Positions 51,002 to 60,999 of a stretch of DNA of 64,000 nt are shown here, one piece after another. The stretch spans positions 256,001 to 320,000 of the forward strand of contig CAXXWX010000026.1 of the NCBI GenBank assembly GCA_963675745.2, in the 5' to 3' direction. This stretch comes from Phycisphaerae bacterium (lineage in GTDB: Bacteria > Planctomycetota > Phycisphaerae > UBA1845 > Fen-1342). A program made the translations under genes and the position numbers. Every line of letters begins with the position of its first letter. Position 1 is the stretch's first letter. Below the pieces are notes generated by a model, which saw only the letters and a program-made list of their open reading frames with translations, did not search any database and was not told the DNA's origin.

Positions 51002-51380
51002 CGCATGCGCCTCCAGTGGTCCGTGAGCGGCTGGTGTAGCGGATCGCGCGCGTGCGCTCAAGCGCCAACAACCTGGAATCCGCCACCGGGTCGTGAGCGA
51101 GCCCGAAAATACCTGCCAGACTCCGTTCGTCGGCGACCTATTAGCAAAACTTGAGAAACATTCTCACACCAGGTTCTTATAAGAAATGACCCGTGATTAC
51201 GCCAACCGTGCATCCGGCAAAAATGCCCGCGCAGCCCCGGTTTCCCCGGGTTTCTGACGCATCGACGGCGACGCCGCGACGCGCCTAGAATGGGGTGAAG
51301 TGCCCATCCACGAGGGCCTTCAGTGAGCGGCCACAGTCGCCGCTCACCAACCGCGTGGCGCACCGTGGAGGAGTGGAAAG

Positions 51381-51674
51381 ATGGACGAAGCGACATTCCA
51401 GAAAAAGCTGGCCGAGCTCGTGCAGGAAATCGAGTCGCTGCCGGATGGGGAACGCGACCGACTTCGGCAACTCGCCGCCGAAACCAAGCAACGTCACGAG
51501 CAGATCAAGAAAAGCATGAGCGGCCTGCAGGAGAGCATCGACTTCCTGCGTCTGAGCATCAAGTATCTGCTGTTCGACCTTGAGGCCACCCGGCGTGAAA
51601 ACGGCTACCTGCGCAAGATGCTCGAACAGGATCCCGGCAACAACAACGAAGGCAAGGACAAACGCGAAACCTGA
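51381..51674 (+). CDS. Small coiled-coil protein of unknown function
   Basis: GGAGGAG RBS, helical heptad pattern and its own terminator. Confidence 0.8.
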   Translation: MDEATFQKKLAELVQEIESLPDGERDRLRQLAAETKQRHEQIKKSMSGLQESIDFLRLSIKYLLFDLEATRRENGYLRKMLEQDPGNNNEGKDKRET

Positions 51675-51749
51675 CGGACCCTCCCTGCATCGGGCTGGCG
51701 CGGCATCAAGGAAACGCCGCGCTGTCTGACCCACAACCCCGATGGCTGC

Positions 51750-51787
51750 CGAGCCCGAGCATGTGCTCCTCGGGCTCGTTTTTTTTT
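51750..51787 (+). terminator. Rho-independent terminator
   Basis: CGAGCCCGAG...CTCGGGCTCG followed by T9. Confidence 0.85.
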
Positions 51788-51899
51788 GAATGCAGAATGC
51801 AGAATGCAGAATGCTGAATGCGGAATGCCGACCGCTGATCGCTGACCTCTGACCTCTAACCTCTAACCTCTAACCTCTAACCTCTAACCTCCGACCGCT
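51788..51899. repeat. 16 in-phase tandem heptamers with drifting unit
   Basis: GAATGCN x6, GACCGCT, GATCGCT, GACCTCT x2, AACCTCT x4, AACCTCC, GACCGCT. Confidence 0.9.
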
Positions 51900-51901
51900 G
51901 A

Positions 51902-52339
51902 TCAGCGATCGATCGGTGGGTCCGGCTCGCCGGCGCCTGTTTCCCGCTCCCCACCGTCTGACGTCGATTCCGCCATCCAGTCCACACGCGGCGCGTCACC
52001 CCACAAGCCCGCCAGGTCGTAGAACTCGCGGTGTGCCTCGTCAAACAGATGCACCACCACGTCGACGTAGTCGGCCAGCACCCACTTCCCTTCACGCGTG
52101 CCGGCGGTCTTGAACGGCGAGCGGTTCTGCGTGCGGGCGTGCGCCTTCGTCAGATCCGCAACGGCGTCCATCTGGCGGTCGGACGTGCCGGTTCCGATCA
52201 CGAAAAAGTCCGCGATGGCGCTCAGGCCACGCAGATCGAGAACCTCAACGTTTTCCGTCTTGTTGTCGGTGGCAATGCGCGCAATCTGGATCGCAAACGC
52301 CCTCGCATCGGCCGCCTTGGATTGTGCTTCGGGTGGCAT
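51902..52339 (-). CDS. rsfS: Ribosome silencing factor
   Basis: K.ENV.VLDL, ADFFVIGTG.S.RQ and WVL.DY.DVVVHLF....R.FYDL..LWGDA. Confidence 0.95.
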   Translation of the reverse strand: MPPEAQSKAADARAFAIQIARIATDNKTENVEVLDLRGLSAIADFFVIGTGTSDRQMDAVADLTKAHARTQNRSPFKTAGTREGKWVLADYVDVVVHLFDEAHREFYDLAGLWGDAPRVDWMAESTSDGGERETGAGEPDPPIDR

Positions 52340-52392
52340 GGAACGGCCTTCGGTTGGAACCATTGCTTGAGTATACGCCCCTGCGGCCAGAT

Positions 52393-52430
52393 TAAAACCG
52401 GCCGGCGCCGACATTCATCGGCGCCGGCCG
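52393..52430 (-). terminator. Terminator downstream of hppA
   Basis: Stem CGGCCGGCGCCGA/TCGGCGCCGGCCG followed by GTTTTA on the minus strand. Confidence 0.65.
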
Positions 52431-52471
52431 CATAGCTGTCAACACACCATGCCCGCTAATGCGATGGATGG

Positions 52472-55333
52472 CTAGCCAAGGCCGAGCCACGCGCCGATCT
52501 GCGGGCCGTACCTGACGATCAGGCCGGCGAAAACAACGCTGACCATGCTCATAAGCTTGATGAGAATGTTCAGGCTCGGGCCGGACGTATCCTTGAACGG
52601 GTCACCCACAGTGTCGCCCACCACGCCGGCCTTGTGGTCTTCCGACCCCTTGCCGTACACGATCATGTCGGGATTGCCGGTCCGCATGGCCATCTCCGCC
52701 CGGGTAACGAGATCGGCGCGGATGCTCGGCGGGAGCCTGTCCTGAACACTCTTATCCTCGACGACCTGCTTGGCGGTTATGCGTCCATAGGTCTCGATGA
52801 GCTTCTTGGCGTTGTCCCAGGCGCCACCGGAGTTGGCCATGAAGATCGCCAGCGCAAAACCACTGGTCAGACCGCCCGCCAACAGCCCCATGACCCCCGC
52901 CACGCCAAAGAGCAGCCCCACCGTCACCGGCAGAATGATGGCGAGCAGGGCCGGCATGATCATCTCATGCTGGGCACCGGCGGTGGAGATCGCCACGCAG
53001 TTTGCGTAGTCGGGATACTGGTGATTGTCCACGGTCACGCGCTTCGGCCAGTTATCCGGGTTCTGCACAAACGCCTCGTCCTTGCCCTCATTGCGCAGGA
53101 ACTGGCGAATCTTCTCAAACTGCACGCGGCACTCGATCATCATGCGGTTGGCCGCCCGACCGACTGCCTTCATCGTCAGCGAGCAGAACAGAAACGCCAG
53201 CAGCACTCCGGCAAAGAGCCCGCAGAGCACCTTCGGGTTCATCAACGTTACGTTGTAGAAAGTCATGAATTGCGGCAACGATGCCCGCCGCGTGGGAACC
53301 AGGTCGAGCACGACCGGTTTGTCGACGTCGATGACGGCGGACTTGCGTATATACGCACTGTCCTTGTCGGTTTCGGGGCCGAGCAGGACCTTGGTCTCGC
53401 CGGGCACCAGTGACGTAACGACCTCCGGGCGGGCATTGAGCAACATAAACGCCCGCACATCGGCGGTTCCGGGCAGCTTGTATTCGCCGGCCGCGCTATC
53501 TTTCTGCTCGCCGTGGATCCAGCTTCCAAACTTGCCGTGACCGAGATATACCGCCTGGGCGGGGTTGGGAGCCTCGAACACCTCGGCGACGCGGTCGCGC
53601 GACTCAAACAACTGACCAAAGCGAACTTCCTCAATATACGCCGCCAGCAACGCCAGCGCTGTCAGGGCGGCGGAACCGATCGCGAAACCCTTGCCGGTGG
53701 CCGCGGTCGTGTTGCCCAGGGCGTCCAGTGCGTCGGTGCGCTCGCGAACGTGGGGTTCCTGGCCGGTCATCTCGGCGTTGCCGCCGGCATTGTCGGCGAT
53801 CGGCCCGTAGGCATCGGTCGCGAGCGTGATGCCCAAGGTCGCGAGCATGCCGACCGCCGCAAAACCGATGCCATAGAGTCCCAGCATGAACTCCGTGCCG
53901 CCGCCGGCCCAGGTGTAGGCCAGCATGATCGCGACGATGATCGTGCCCAGGGATGCCCAGGTACTCTTCATACCTTCGGCGATACCGCTGATGATGATCG
54001 TCGCCGGACCGGTGATGCCCTGTGCGGAGATCATCCTGGTGGGCTTGTAGTCATAGCTGGTGTAATACTCCGTCGAGAAGCCGATCACGAGCCCGGCCAC
54101 AAGCCCGGCGAGAATACTCCCCCAGATCCCATACCATTTCACCCCTTCGATATCGCCCAGCAGCAACCAGCAGACCAGGCCCGCCGCCAGCGCGATGAAC
54201 ACGCTGCTGCCCCAGATGCCCTTGTTAAGTGCCCGCATGAGCACGGCCATCGTGGCCTTTTCTTCACTCTTGACCAGGTAAATACCCGCGATCGACAGCA
54301 GAATACCGACGCCGGCGAGGACCATCGGGGCCGCCAGGAAGCGAATCGCGGCCTCAAAGCCCGGGCCGCTGGTCTCGGTGCCGAAGAGCGCGGCCGCGGC
54401 GGCAACGCCCAGAGCGGCCGTCGCAAGAATGGAGCCGCAATATGACTCGTACAGGTCGGCCCCCATGCCGGCCACGTCGCCGACATTGTCACCTACGTTG
54501 TCCGCGATGGTGGCGGGGTTACGGGCGTCATCTTCAGGGATGCCGGCCTCAACCTTGCCGACCAGATCGGCGCCAACGTCCGCGGCCTTGGTGAAAATCC
54601 CACCGCCGACACGCGCGAACAACGCTTGTGTTGACGCCCCCATGCCGAACGTGAGCATGATGACCGTAATGGTCGATAGGTGCAGGCCGCTAAATGTGTA
54701 GAGGATGAAGAACCAGGCTGTGATGTCGATAAGTGCGAAACCGACGACCACGAGCCCCATCACGGCGCCGGCCCGAAACGCGACTGTCAGCCCGTCATTG
54801 AGGCTCTTGCGCGCCCCGGCCGCCGTCCGGTTACTCGCCATCGTTGCGGTCTTCATGCCCAGATAGCCGCACAGACCGCTGAAGAACCCGCCGGTGAGGA
54901 ATGCGAACCAGACAATGCTGTTCTGCACCTTGAGGTAATAGCCCATCCAGGCCAGGATCGCGGCAAGCACGATGAACACGACGAATACGACAGTGTATTG
55001 GCGTCTCAAGTACGCCATTGCCCCGTCGCGCACGTGTCCGGCGATCTCGATCATCTCGGGATCACCCTGATCCGAGGCGAGCACTTCTTTGTAGAATTTG
55101 CGCGCGAACACCAGCGCGATGATCGCGCAGATCGGCGCCACCCACCACACGGCGGGAAGATCGCCAAGGCCGTGATGAACACCCGCCGCAGCCTCGACCG
55201 GCAGATCCGTCGCCGCCATCGGGGCCGCCGGTACGTCCTGCGCCAGGGCCGCCAGTGGCGTGACCAGGCCCACGAGAAGTCCGACGGCGCATATCGCGAA
55301 TAGATTTCGGTGTCGTCTGGTGATACCGCCCAC
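52472..55333 (-). CDS. hppA: Membrane-bound K+-dependent cation-translocating pyrophosphatase (Na+,H+-PPase signature)
   Basis: [60 protein letters not shown] and [15 protein letters not shown]. Confidence 0.97.
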   Translation of the reverse strand: MGGITRRHRNLFAICAVGLLVGLVTPLAALAQDVPAAPMAATDLPVEAAAGVHHGLGDLPAVWWVAPICAIIALVFARKFYKEVLASDQGDPEMIEIAGHVRDGAMAYLRRQYTVVFVVFIVLAAILAWMGYYLKVQNSIVWFAFLTGGFFSGLCGYLGMKTATMASNRTAAGARKSLNDGLTVAFRAGAVMGLVVVGFALIDITAWFFILYTFSGLHLSTITVIMLTFGMGASTQALFARVGGGIFTKAADVGADLVGKVEAGIPEDDARNPATIADNVGDNVGDVAGMGADLYESYCGSILATAALGVAAAAALFGTETSGPGFEAAIRFLAAPMVLAGVGILLSIAGIYLVKSEEKATMAVLMRALNKGIWGSSVFIALAAGLVCWLLLGDIEGVKWYGIWGSILAGLVAGLVIGFSTEYYTSYDYKPTRMISAQGITGPATIIISGIAEGMKSTWASLGTIIVAIMLAYTWAGGGTEFMLGLYGIGFAAVGMLATLGITLATDAYGPIADNAGGNAEMTGQEPHVRERTDALDALGNTTAATGKGFAIGSAALTALALLAAYIEEVRFGQLFESRDRVAEVFEAPNPAQAVYLGHGKFGSWIHGEQKDSAAGEYKLPGTADVRAFMLLNARPEVVTSLVPGETKVLLGPETDKDSAYIRKSAVIDVDKPVVLDLVPTRRASLPQFMTFYNVTLMNPKVLCGLFAGVLLAFLFCSLTMKAVGRAANRMMIECRVQFEKIRQFLRNEGKDEAFVQNPDNWPKRVTVDNHQYPDYANCVAISTAGAQHEMIMPALLAIILPVTVGLLFGVAGVMGLLAGGLTSGFALAIFMANSGGAWDNAKKLIETYGRITAKQVVEDKSVQDRLPPSIRADLVTRAEMAMRTGNPDMIVYGKGSEDHKAGVVGDTVGDPFKDTSGPSLNILIKLMSMVSVVFAGLIVRYGPQIGAWLGLG

Positions 55334-55604
55334 TGAATTGCTCCTACTAGCGTTCGACGCGAGATTTTGACCCGGTTGGCAAAGCTATCGAGGTCGACCG
55401 AAGCCGCGGCCCCGCGCCGTGGGCGCGGCTTCAAAGAGAGACCGCGTAATGTACTGGAAACCCGCCGCTACGCAAGGCCGCGCGGCGGCACCAGGCAGCC
55501 AAACCGGGCGGCCGCCGGCGCCTGGCGTCTGCGTGGCGCGCGTTGACCCGCGCAGGTGAAGCCACTACGCTGTGTCGCATTGGGCCGTATAGGAGTGGAA
55601 CAAG

Positions 55605-56420
55605 ATGACCCGCGGTAGCGTGTCGGGGGACTCGAGCGTCCAGATGCGGCACGATAACACCGGGGATGCGCCTCCCGAGTCGCCGGCGCAGCTCAAAGCC
55701 GTCATCGCCGGACTGCAGCGCGAGCTCATCCTCGCCCAGCGTCTCGCCTATGCCGGCACGGTATCTTCGATGCTGGCCCACGAGTACAACAACCTGATGA
55801 CGCCGATTCTGGCGCGGTCGATGAACGCGCTCAGCCGTGGCGATGCGGAGACGATGCGCAGCACGCTCGATCGGACCGTGACACAGGTGCAGAAGGCGGT
55901 CGAGCTGAGCCGGCACCTGCTGAAACTGACCGACTCCACGCGCGACGTTGACCAGCCCGATGATGTCTGCGTCGTGGCCACCGCTGTACAGGAGGCTGTC
56001 GCCGAGGCCGTACGTCCGTTCGCCAAGGACGGCCTGGAACTGCGTATTTCGGTGCCGGAGGATCTACAGGTCCGGGCCCGGTCGCTGCTGCTTGAACAGG
56101 TTCTGCTGAACCTGCTGGTCAACGCGCGCGAAGCAATGGACGGGCGGGCCGGCTCGATCAGCGTTTCGGCCCGGGGCACCCACGGTTTCGTGGAGATTGA
56201 CGTCAGCGACAGCGGACGTGGGTTGCCCGATTCCGCGGATGCGTTTAACGACTTCCTGGACACAAACGCCGAACGCGATACGCGGCGCTGGCAACAGGTT
56301 GGCCTGGGCCTGCACGTGTGCCGCCTGCTGGCACAGCAGCACGGGGCGAGTATCCGGGTGTCGAATAACGATGGAGTTGGCTGCACATTTACGCTGCGCT
56401 GGCCGACGCCCGATAACTAA
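55605..56420 (+). CDS. Orphan cytoplasmic histidine kinase (no sensor domain)
   Basis: AHEYNN H-box, LNLLVNA N-box, D.G.G, GLGL and G..F. Confidence 0.9.
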   Translation: MTRGSVSGDSSVQMRHDNTGDAPPESPAQLKAVIAGLQRELILAQRLAYAGTVSSMLAHEYNNLMTPILARSMNALSRGDAETMRSTLDRTVTQVQKAVELSRHLLKLTDSTRDVDQPDDVCVVATAVQEAVAEAVRPFAKDGLELRISVPEDLQVRARSLLLEQVLLNLLVNAREAMDGRAGSISVSARGTHGFVEIDVSDSGRGLPDSADAFNDFLDTNAERDTRRWQQVGLGLHVCRLLAQQHGASIRVSNNDGVGCTFTLRWPTPDN

Positions 56421-56578
56421 ACGCGATATCCACCCCGCGAAAGCCCTTTCGCCTAGCGCCACTTCACGAATAATCCTATACTTTAGGAGTTGGAGGTGTG
56501 GGTCAGTGGCGGCGTCCGTTTGGCGTAACCGCCACGCCATCTCTTGGTAAACCGTCCCGTAAACCTGGGGTCACGGCG

Positions 56579-57664
56579 ATGTCCGGACAACGAAAGCTCC
56601 TGGTGGCGCTCGGCACATGTGTCGGGCTGCTGTCGGCCACGCCTGCGATACAGGCTCAAGAAGCGGCTAAACTCCTGATCGGCAACTACTTCAGTGATGA
56701 AGTGATCGCAATCGAGCACAGCGGCAGCAGCGAAGTCGTTTACACCAGCGCTGACGGCCTGAGCGGTCCCTTCGGCTCAAATGCCCTGGTCTTCGACACT
56801 GACGGAAACCTGTTGGTGGGGAATTTCAACTCACACGCGGTTGTGAGGGGCACCGACGGCCATGTCGTGGCGGACGCGGGCGACGGTGTCGTGAGCCCGG
56901 ATGGTCTGGCATACGGCGCCGATGGCACGCTCTACATCGCTAACCGCGACGGTCTCAACATCCTGAGCGTGACCGGCGACGGAACCGTCGCGGTATTCGA
57001 CGATTCACTGTCGCTCGGGCGACCAATGACCATCTCGGTCGGCGGTAACTGGCTCTACGTGGCCAACGATGCCGGCGAGTTGCTCCGCTATAACCTGAGC
57101 GAGCCCGCCGCGCCCAGTGTCGTCGGGACGTTTGGCGTGGGTGGCGGCAACGTGGCGATAACCGCGCTCGCCGGCGGCAATCTCGTGTACCTGGTCGACG
57201 ATGGCAGTGTTAAGGCGATCATCCCCGGACAGACCAGCAGCGTGCTGGCGACGTTGCCCGTCGGCGCCGATGAGGGCATCGCCCTGGCACCTGAGAGTTT
57301 CGCGAGCAGCCGGCTTTACGTCGCCGACTTCAGTGGCTTCGTCTACGAAGTCGACACGACCGACGGTGACTGGTCCGTGTTCGCTTCGCGCGACACGCAC
57401 GGCCTGTCCGGACCGAGCGGCCTGCTGTTCTTCGATCCCGCGCCGCCCGATCCCTGCGCCGGATTCACCAGTTGCGACACGAACTGCGACGGGTTCATCA
57501 ACAGCGGCGACATTGATCCCTTCGTCATGGCACTCGATGACCCGCCGGCATATGCCGCAACATATCCTGACTGTGACATGCTCTGCACCTGCGATGTCAA
57601 CGGAGATGGCTTTGTGAACGCCGGCGACATCGACCCGTTCGTGCTCTGCCTGAGCGGTCCGTAG
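56579..57664 (+). CDS. Secreted beta-propeller protein with dockerin-like tail
   Basis: Signal peptide; P.GLA...DG.LY.A repeats; tail CDTNCDG.INSGDIDPFV..YPDC...CDVNGDG..N.GDIDPFV. Confidence 0.85.
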   Translation: MSGQRKLLVALGTCVGLLSATPAIQAQEAAKLLIGNYFSDEVIAIEHSGSSEVVYTSADGLSGPFGSNALVFDTDGNLLVGNFNSHAVVRGTDGHVVADAGDGVVSPDGLAYGADGTLYIANRDGLNILSVTGDGTVAVFDDSLSLGRPMTISVGGNWLYVANDAGELLRYNLSEPAAPSVVGTFGVGGGNVAITALAGGNLVYLVDDGSVKAIIPGQTSSVLATLPVGADEGIALAPESFASSRLYVADFSGFVYEVDTTDGDWSVFASRDTHGLSGPSGLLFFDPAPPDPCAGFTSCDTNCDGFINSGDIDPFVMALDDPPAYAATYPDCDMLCTCDVNGDGFVNAGDIDPFVLCLSGP

Positions 57665-57680
57665 TGCGGGCGGCCGCATC

Positions 57681-58100
57681 ATGACCGAAGGTGTGGTTGT
57701 CGTCGTTCGACGCAACGGGCGTTTCCTGGTGATCCGCCGCGCACTGCACATCCGTGCCGGCGGGGCCTGGTGTTTCGTAGGCGGCGGGATCGAACCGGGC
57801 GAGTCACAGGCGGAAGCGGTCGTGCGCGAATTCGCCGAAGAGGTGGGGGCCGACGTCCATCCCGTACGAAAAGTCTGGGAATACGTGCGACCCGATGGGG
57901 AACTCCGCCTGCACTGGTGGTTGGGTGATCTGACTGACCAGGATCTGCGACCCAATCCGGCGGAGGTCTTGGAACTGCGCTGGTGTACGCCCGCCCAGAT
58001 CGAGGCGCTGCCCGGCCTGCTCGACGGCAATCTGGCGTTCATGCACAAGATCGGTCAACAATTGGTGGACAAAGCGCCCCCGTCAGCACGGTTATCCTGA
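57681..58100 (+). CDS. NUDIX hydrolase (MutT-like)
   Basis: Nudix box GGGIEPGESQAEAVVREFAEEVG. Confidence 0.93.
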   Translation: MTEGVVVVVRRNGRFLVIRRALHIRAGGAWCFVGGGIEPGESQAEAVVREFAEEVGADVHPVRKVWEYVRPDGELRLHWWLGDLTDQDLRPNPAEVLELRWCTPAQIEALPGLLDGNLAFMHKIGQQLVDKAPPSARLS

Positions 58101-58151
58101 ACATCGCGATCCGCAAGCCATCCGCAAACCGGCAAAAGCAATGGCCGTTGG

Positions 58152-59339
58152 CTATCCGCCCGGCGAACTCTTCAGCCGCGTGCGCAGGTTATCCATGACG
58201 TTCATGAAGTTGATGTAGGAGTCGTAGGGCGAGTCATACGGGTTGAAATAACTGTGTACGTCGCCATCTTCGAAGAACTTCGTGCACATGTAGTAAAAGT
58301 GGTCAGAGCTCTGGAGCCGGCGCCAATCGTTCAGCAGGTCGGGATCGCCCGACTCTTTCACCTTGGGCTCCAGGCGATAGAGCTCGTGCAGCGCGTTCGA
58401 CTGCATCGCGTTGCCCAGCCAGGCGGAAAGATCGCGCTCGGTGTCGGCCCATGAAATCATGTGCGGCACGTCGTATTCCCCGCTGGTCGGGAATCTGTCA
58501 GCGGCCTCGCTAGGGGTGAGGAATCCGTTGCCCGGCGTCTTGAACACTTCCTCCGGCATGTGACGTAGGAAGTCAAAAATGCCCGTGTCGGCCCACTGGT
58601 GTTCGCCAAAGGTCTCGTAGTCCATGAACAGATTGACCAGATAGCCGTCACCATCCACCGCGTTGACGCAGCGTGCGAACTTGTCGGCGGTCAGCGGCCA
58701 ATCAGCCCAGCTCTGATCGCCGAAACGAAACGCGATATCGTCAGACAGCCTGTAGTTTTTCAGCAGCAGCTTGGGCGCGCGCAGTTCGGGAGGCGAATAG
58801 ACGTGTGTAGATGGCCGATAGCCCAGCAGATGATCGGCCCCCTCACACAAAACCGCCTTGTATCCCAGCTCCGCCGCCGCATGTGCCAGCTCATTGCAGT
58901 AAATCAACTCGGTGTTACGGAAGACGGTCGGCACCTGCCCGAACAGCTCCTCGACGCGTCGGCGGTGCGCCATGACCTGCTCGATGAACTCCTCACGCGA
59001 GTATAGGAAGCTGAGCGAGTGGTGGTAGGTTTCAGACAGGAATTCGACCGCGCCGGTGTCGGCGAGTCGCTGAAACGACTCCAGCACTTCCGGTACGTAG
59101 CGCTCGAGCTGCTCGAGCACAACTCCCGACAGGCTGAACGAGACGCGGAATTCGCCGCCGTAGCGCGTGATCAGCTCATATAGCAGCCGATTGGTGGGTA
59201 TGTAGCACTTCTGCGCGACTTTGCGGATCACGCCCTGGTTGGCCCCCTCGTCGTAATACGCGTGGTCCTCGTCGAAGATGCTGTAGCGCCTCAGACGATA
59301 CGGCTGATGGACCTGAAAATAGAAGCACAACGATGCCAT
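58152..59339 (-). CDS. Glycoside hydrolase family 57 (alpha-amylase-like)
   Basis: FQVHQPYRL, ETYHHSL, FRNTEL, DYETFGEH, SWAD.ERD and SDHFYYM. Confidence 0.95.
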   Translation of the reverse strand: MASLCFYFQVHQPYRLRRYSIFDEDHAYYDEGANQGVIRKVAQKCYIPTNRLLYELITRYGGEFRVSFSLSGVVLEQLERYVPEVLESFQRLADTGAVEFLSETYHHSLSFLYSREEFIEQVMAHRRRVEELFGQVPTVFRNTELIYCNELAHAAAELGYKAVLCEGADHLLGYRPSTHVYSPPELRAPKLLLKNYRLSDDIAFRFGDQSWADWPLTADKFARCVNAVDGDGYLVNLFMDYETFGEHQWADTGIFDFLRHMPEEVFKTPGNGFLTPSEAADRFPTSGEYDVPHMISWADTERDLSAWLGNAMQSNALHELYRLEPKVKESGDPDLLNDWRRLQSSDHFYYMCTKFFEDGDVHSYFNPYDSPYDSYINFMNVMDNLRTRLKSSPGG

Positions 59340-59348
59340 GACTGCTCG

Positions 59349-60671
59349 TTAGGCGCTGGCGGCGGCGTGTACATCCCGGTAGACCCGGAGGCAGTGCTCC
59401 GCGGCATCCAGCCAACTGAATCGACGCACCTCGATGGTGCCGTGGTCACGCAGCGTCTGCTGCAACGGGGGATGGCGCAGGACGGCGAGGATCTTGTTGG
59501 CCATCTCGTTAACGTCCCAGAAATCCACCTTGAGCGCGTGCGTGAGCACTTCTGCCACGCCGCTCTGCTTTGAGATCAACACCGGGACGTTGTTCGCCAG
59601 CGCTTCCAGCGGCGCGATTCCAAACGGCTCGGAGACCGATGGCATCACGTACAGGTCCGCCATGCGGAATACCTTGCGTACGTCGTTGCCGCGCAAAAAA
59701 CCCGTGAACAGCACGCGATGGCCGATGCCCATTTCGGCGGCCATTTCGATCATGCGCCTGGCGAGGTCGCCGCTGCCGGCCATGACGAAACGCACATTGT
59801 CCATGATCTCCAGGACCCGTTTCGCTGCGGCCAGGAAGTATTCCGGGCCCTTCTGCATCGTGATCCGGCCGAGAAACAGGACGATCTTGTCGGACTGCGT
59901 GATCGGCGGCAGCGAGCGCGCCGATTCGCCGTCCGAGGTCTCGATCGCGTTGTAGACAACCTCGACCTTGCGCGAATCGACGCCGTAGTGCTGTACGATG
60001 AGATTGTGCGTCAGATGGCTGACGGCGATGATGCGGTCGGCGGCGTGCATCCCCGCGCGTTCGATATCGTAGATTCGCTGGTTGACGTGCGCGCCCGACC
60101 GGTCGAATTCCGTGGAGTGAACATGCACAACCAGCGGTGCCCCGCTCACATCGCGCGCCGCGACGCCCGCGCTGAAGGTCATCCAATCATGAGCATGGAT
60201 GACCTCATGCTCTTCTTCGGCCGCGATAGCGCTGGCCGCCCGCGCATAGCGATCGATTTCAACGAATATGTCACCGCTGTACTCCTGGCCCGGACCCGAG
60301 TATTTGGACGACGGCTCCCGGGTAGCGCGGCGGCGCGGCGATTCGCTGGCGTCGCCGCGCGCATCCAGCGGCATCTCGTCACGCGGACGGCCGTAAGGCT
60401 GGAGGTTGGCATCGACGGTGCGAATACGGATACCCGGGGCGGTGCCCGGACGCGCTTCCTGATCCGGTTCGGCCGGCGCTTCGACCAGCGGCTTCCGCGG
60501 CTGACTGACAAGATGAACGTGTTCCGGCTGTTCGCCTGAAACCGGTCGCGGCAAGACAAACGTGATCTTCGCGCCGAGTTCGTCGAGCCCGCGCGTCAGT
60601 CCATGACAGGCGGTGCCCAGGCCGCCGCTGATATACGGCGGAAACTCCCATCCGAGCATCAGAACTTTCAT
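59349..60671 (-). CDS. GT4 glycosyltransferase (alpha-glucan synthase-like)
   Basis: MLGWEFPP..SGGLG, HAHDW, HSTEFDR, GRIT.QKG and SEPFGIAPLEA. Confidence 0.93.
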   Translation of the reverse strand: MKVLMLGWEFPPYISGGLGTACHGLTRGLDELGAKITFVLPRPVSGEQPEHVHLVSQPRKPLVEAPAEPDQEARPGTAPGIRIRTVDANLQPYGRPRDEMPLDARGDASESPRRRATREPSSKYSGPGQEYSGDIFVEIDRYARAASAIAAEEEHEVIHAHDWMTFSAGVAARDVSGAPLVVHVHSTEFDRSGAHVNQRIYDIERAGMHAADRIIAVSHLTHNLIVQHYGVDSRKVEVVYNAIETSDGESARSLPPITQSDKIVLFLGRITMQKGPEYFLAAAKRVLEIMDNVRFVMAGSGDLARRMIEMAAEMGIGHRVLFTGFLRGNDVRKVFRMADLYVMPSVSEPFGIAPLEALANNVPVLISKQSGVAEVLTHALKVDFWDVNEMANKILAVLRHPPLQQTLRDHGTIEVRRFSWLDAAEHCLRVYRDVHAAASA

Positions 60672-60999
60672 CGTTCCCACGGCTCCGGTGGCAAGAGATG
60701 TACGCCCAACCGTCCAGGCATCGCGTACCACAGTTGTCAGCAAGGTAACTACAGGGCACACCCCTGGCGCGCGCCGGCTGTGCTCCGGCCGCGCGTGCGC
60801 GGGCTCCCGAGACGCCCGAGAAGTTACGGAGATGCGCGACACTTGTCAACGCGGGAGCGAAAATGCGCAGCTCGGACGGCGACCACACGGGCGTATCGTT
60901 GGCACGCATCGTGCTTGCGGCGAGCCCCGTCAGAGCCATAATCGCATCATGGCTCCCGGGGACAGCGGCACGAGGTACGCAGTGATGGGCGACTGGCGC

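Noticed and set aside
49508..51154. 548-aa plus-strand ORF
   Set aside because: Antisense shadow of pheS in GC-rich DNA; no recognisable motifs.
51002..51380. T-box or Phe leader-peptide attenuator upstream of pheS
   Set aside because: No T-box motif, Phe-rich leader or terminator seen on the minus strand.
58152..60671. GT4-GH57 pair as a novel system
   Set aside because: A common alpha-glucan gene pairing; nothing unusual seen.
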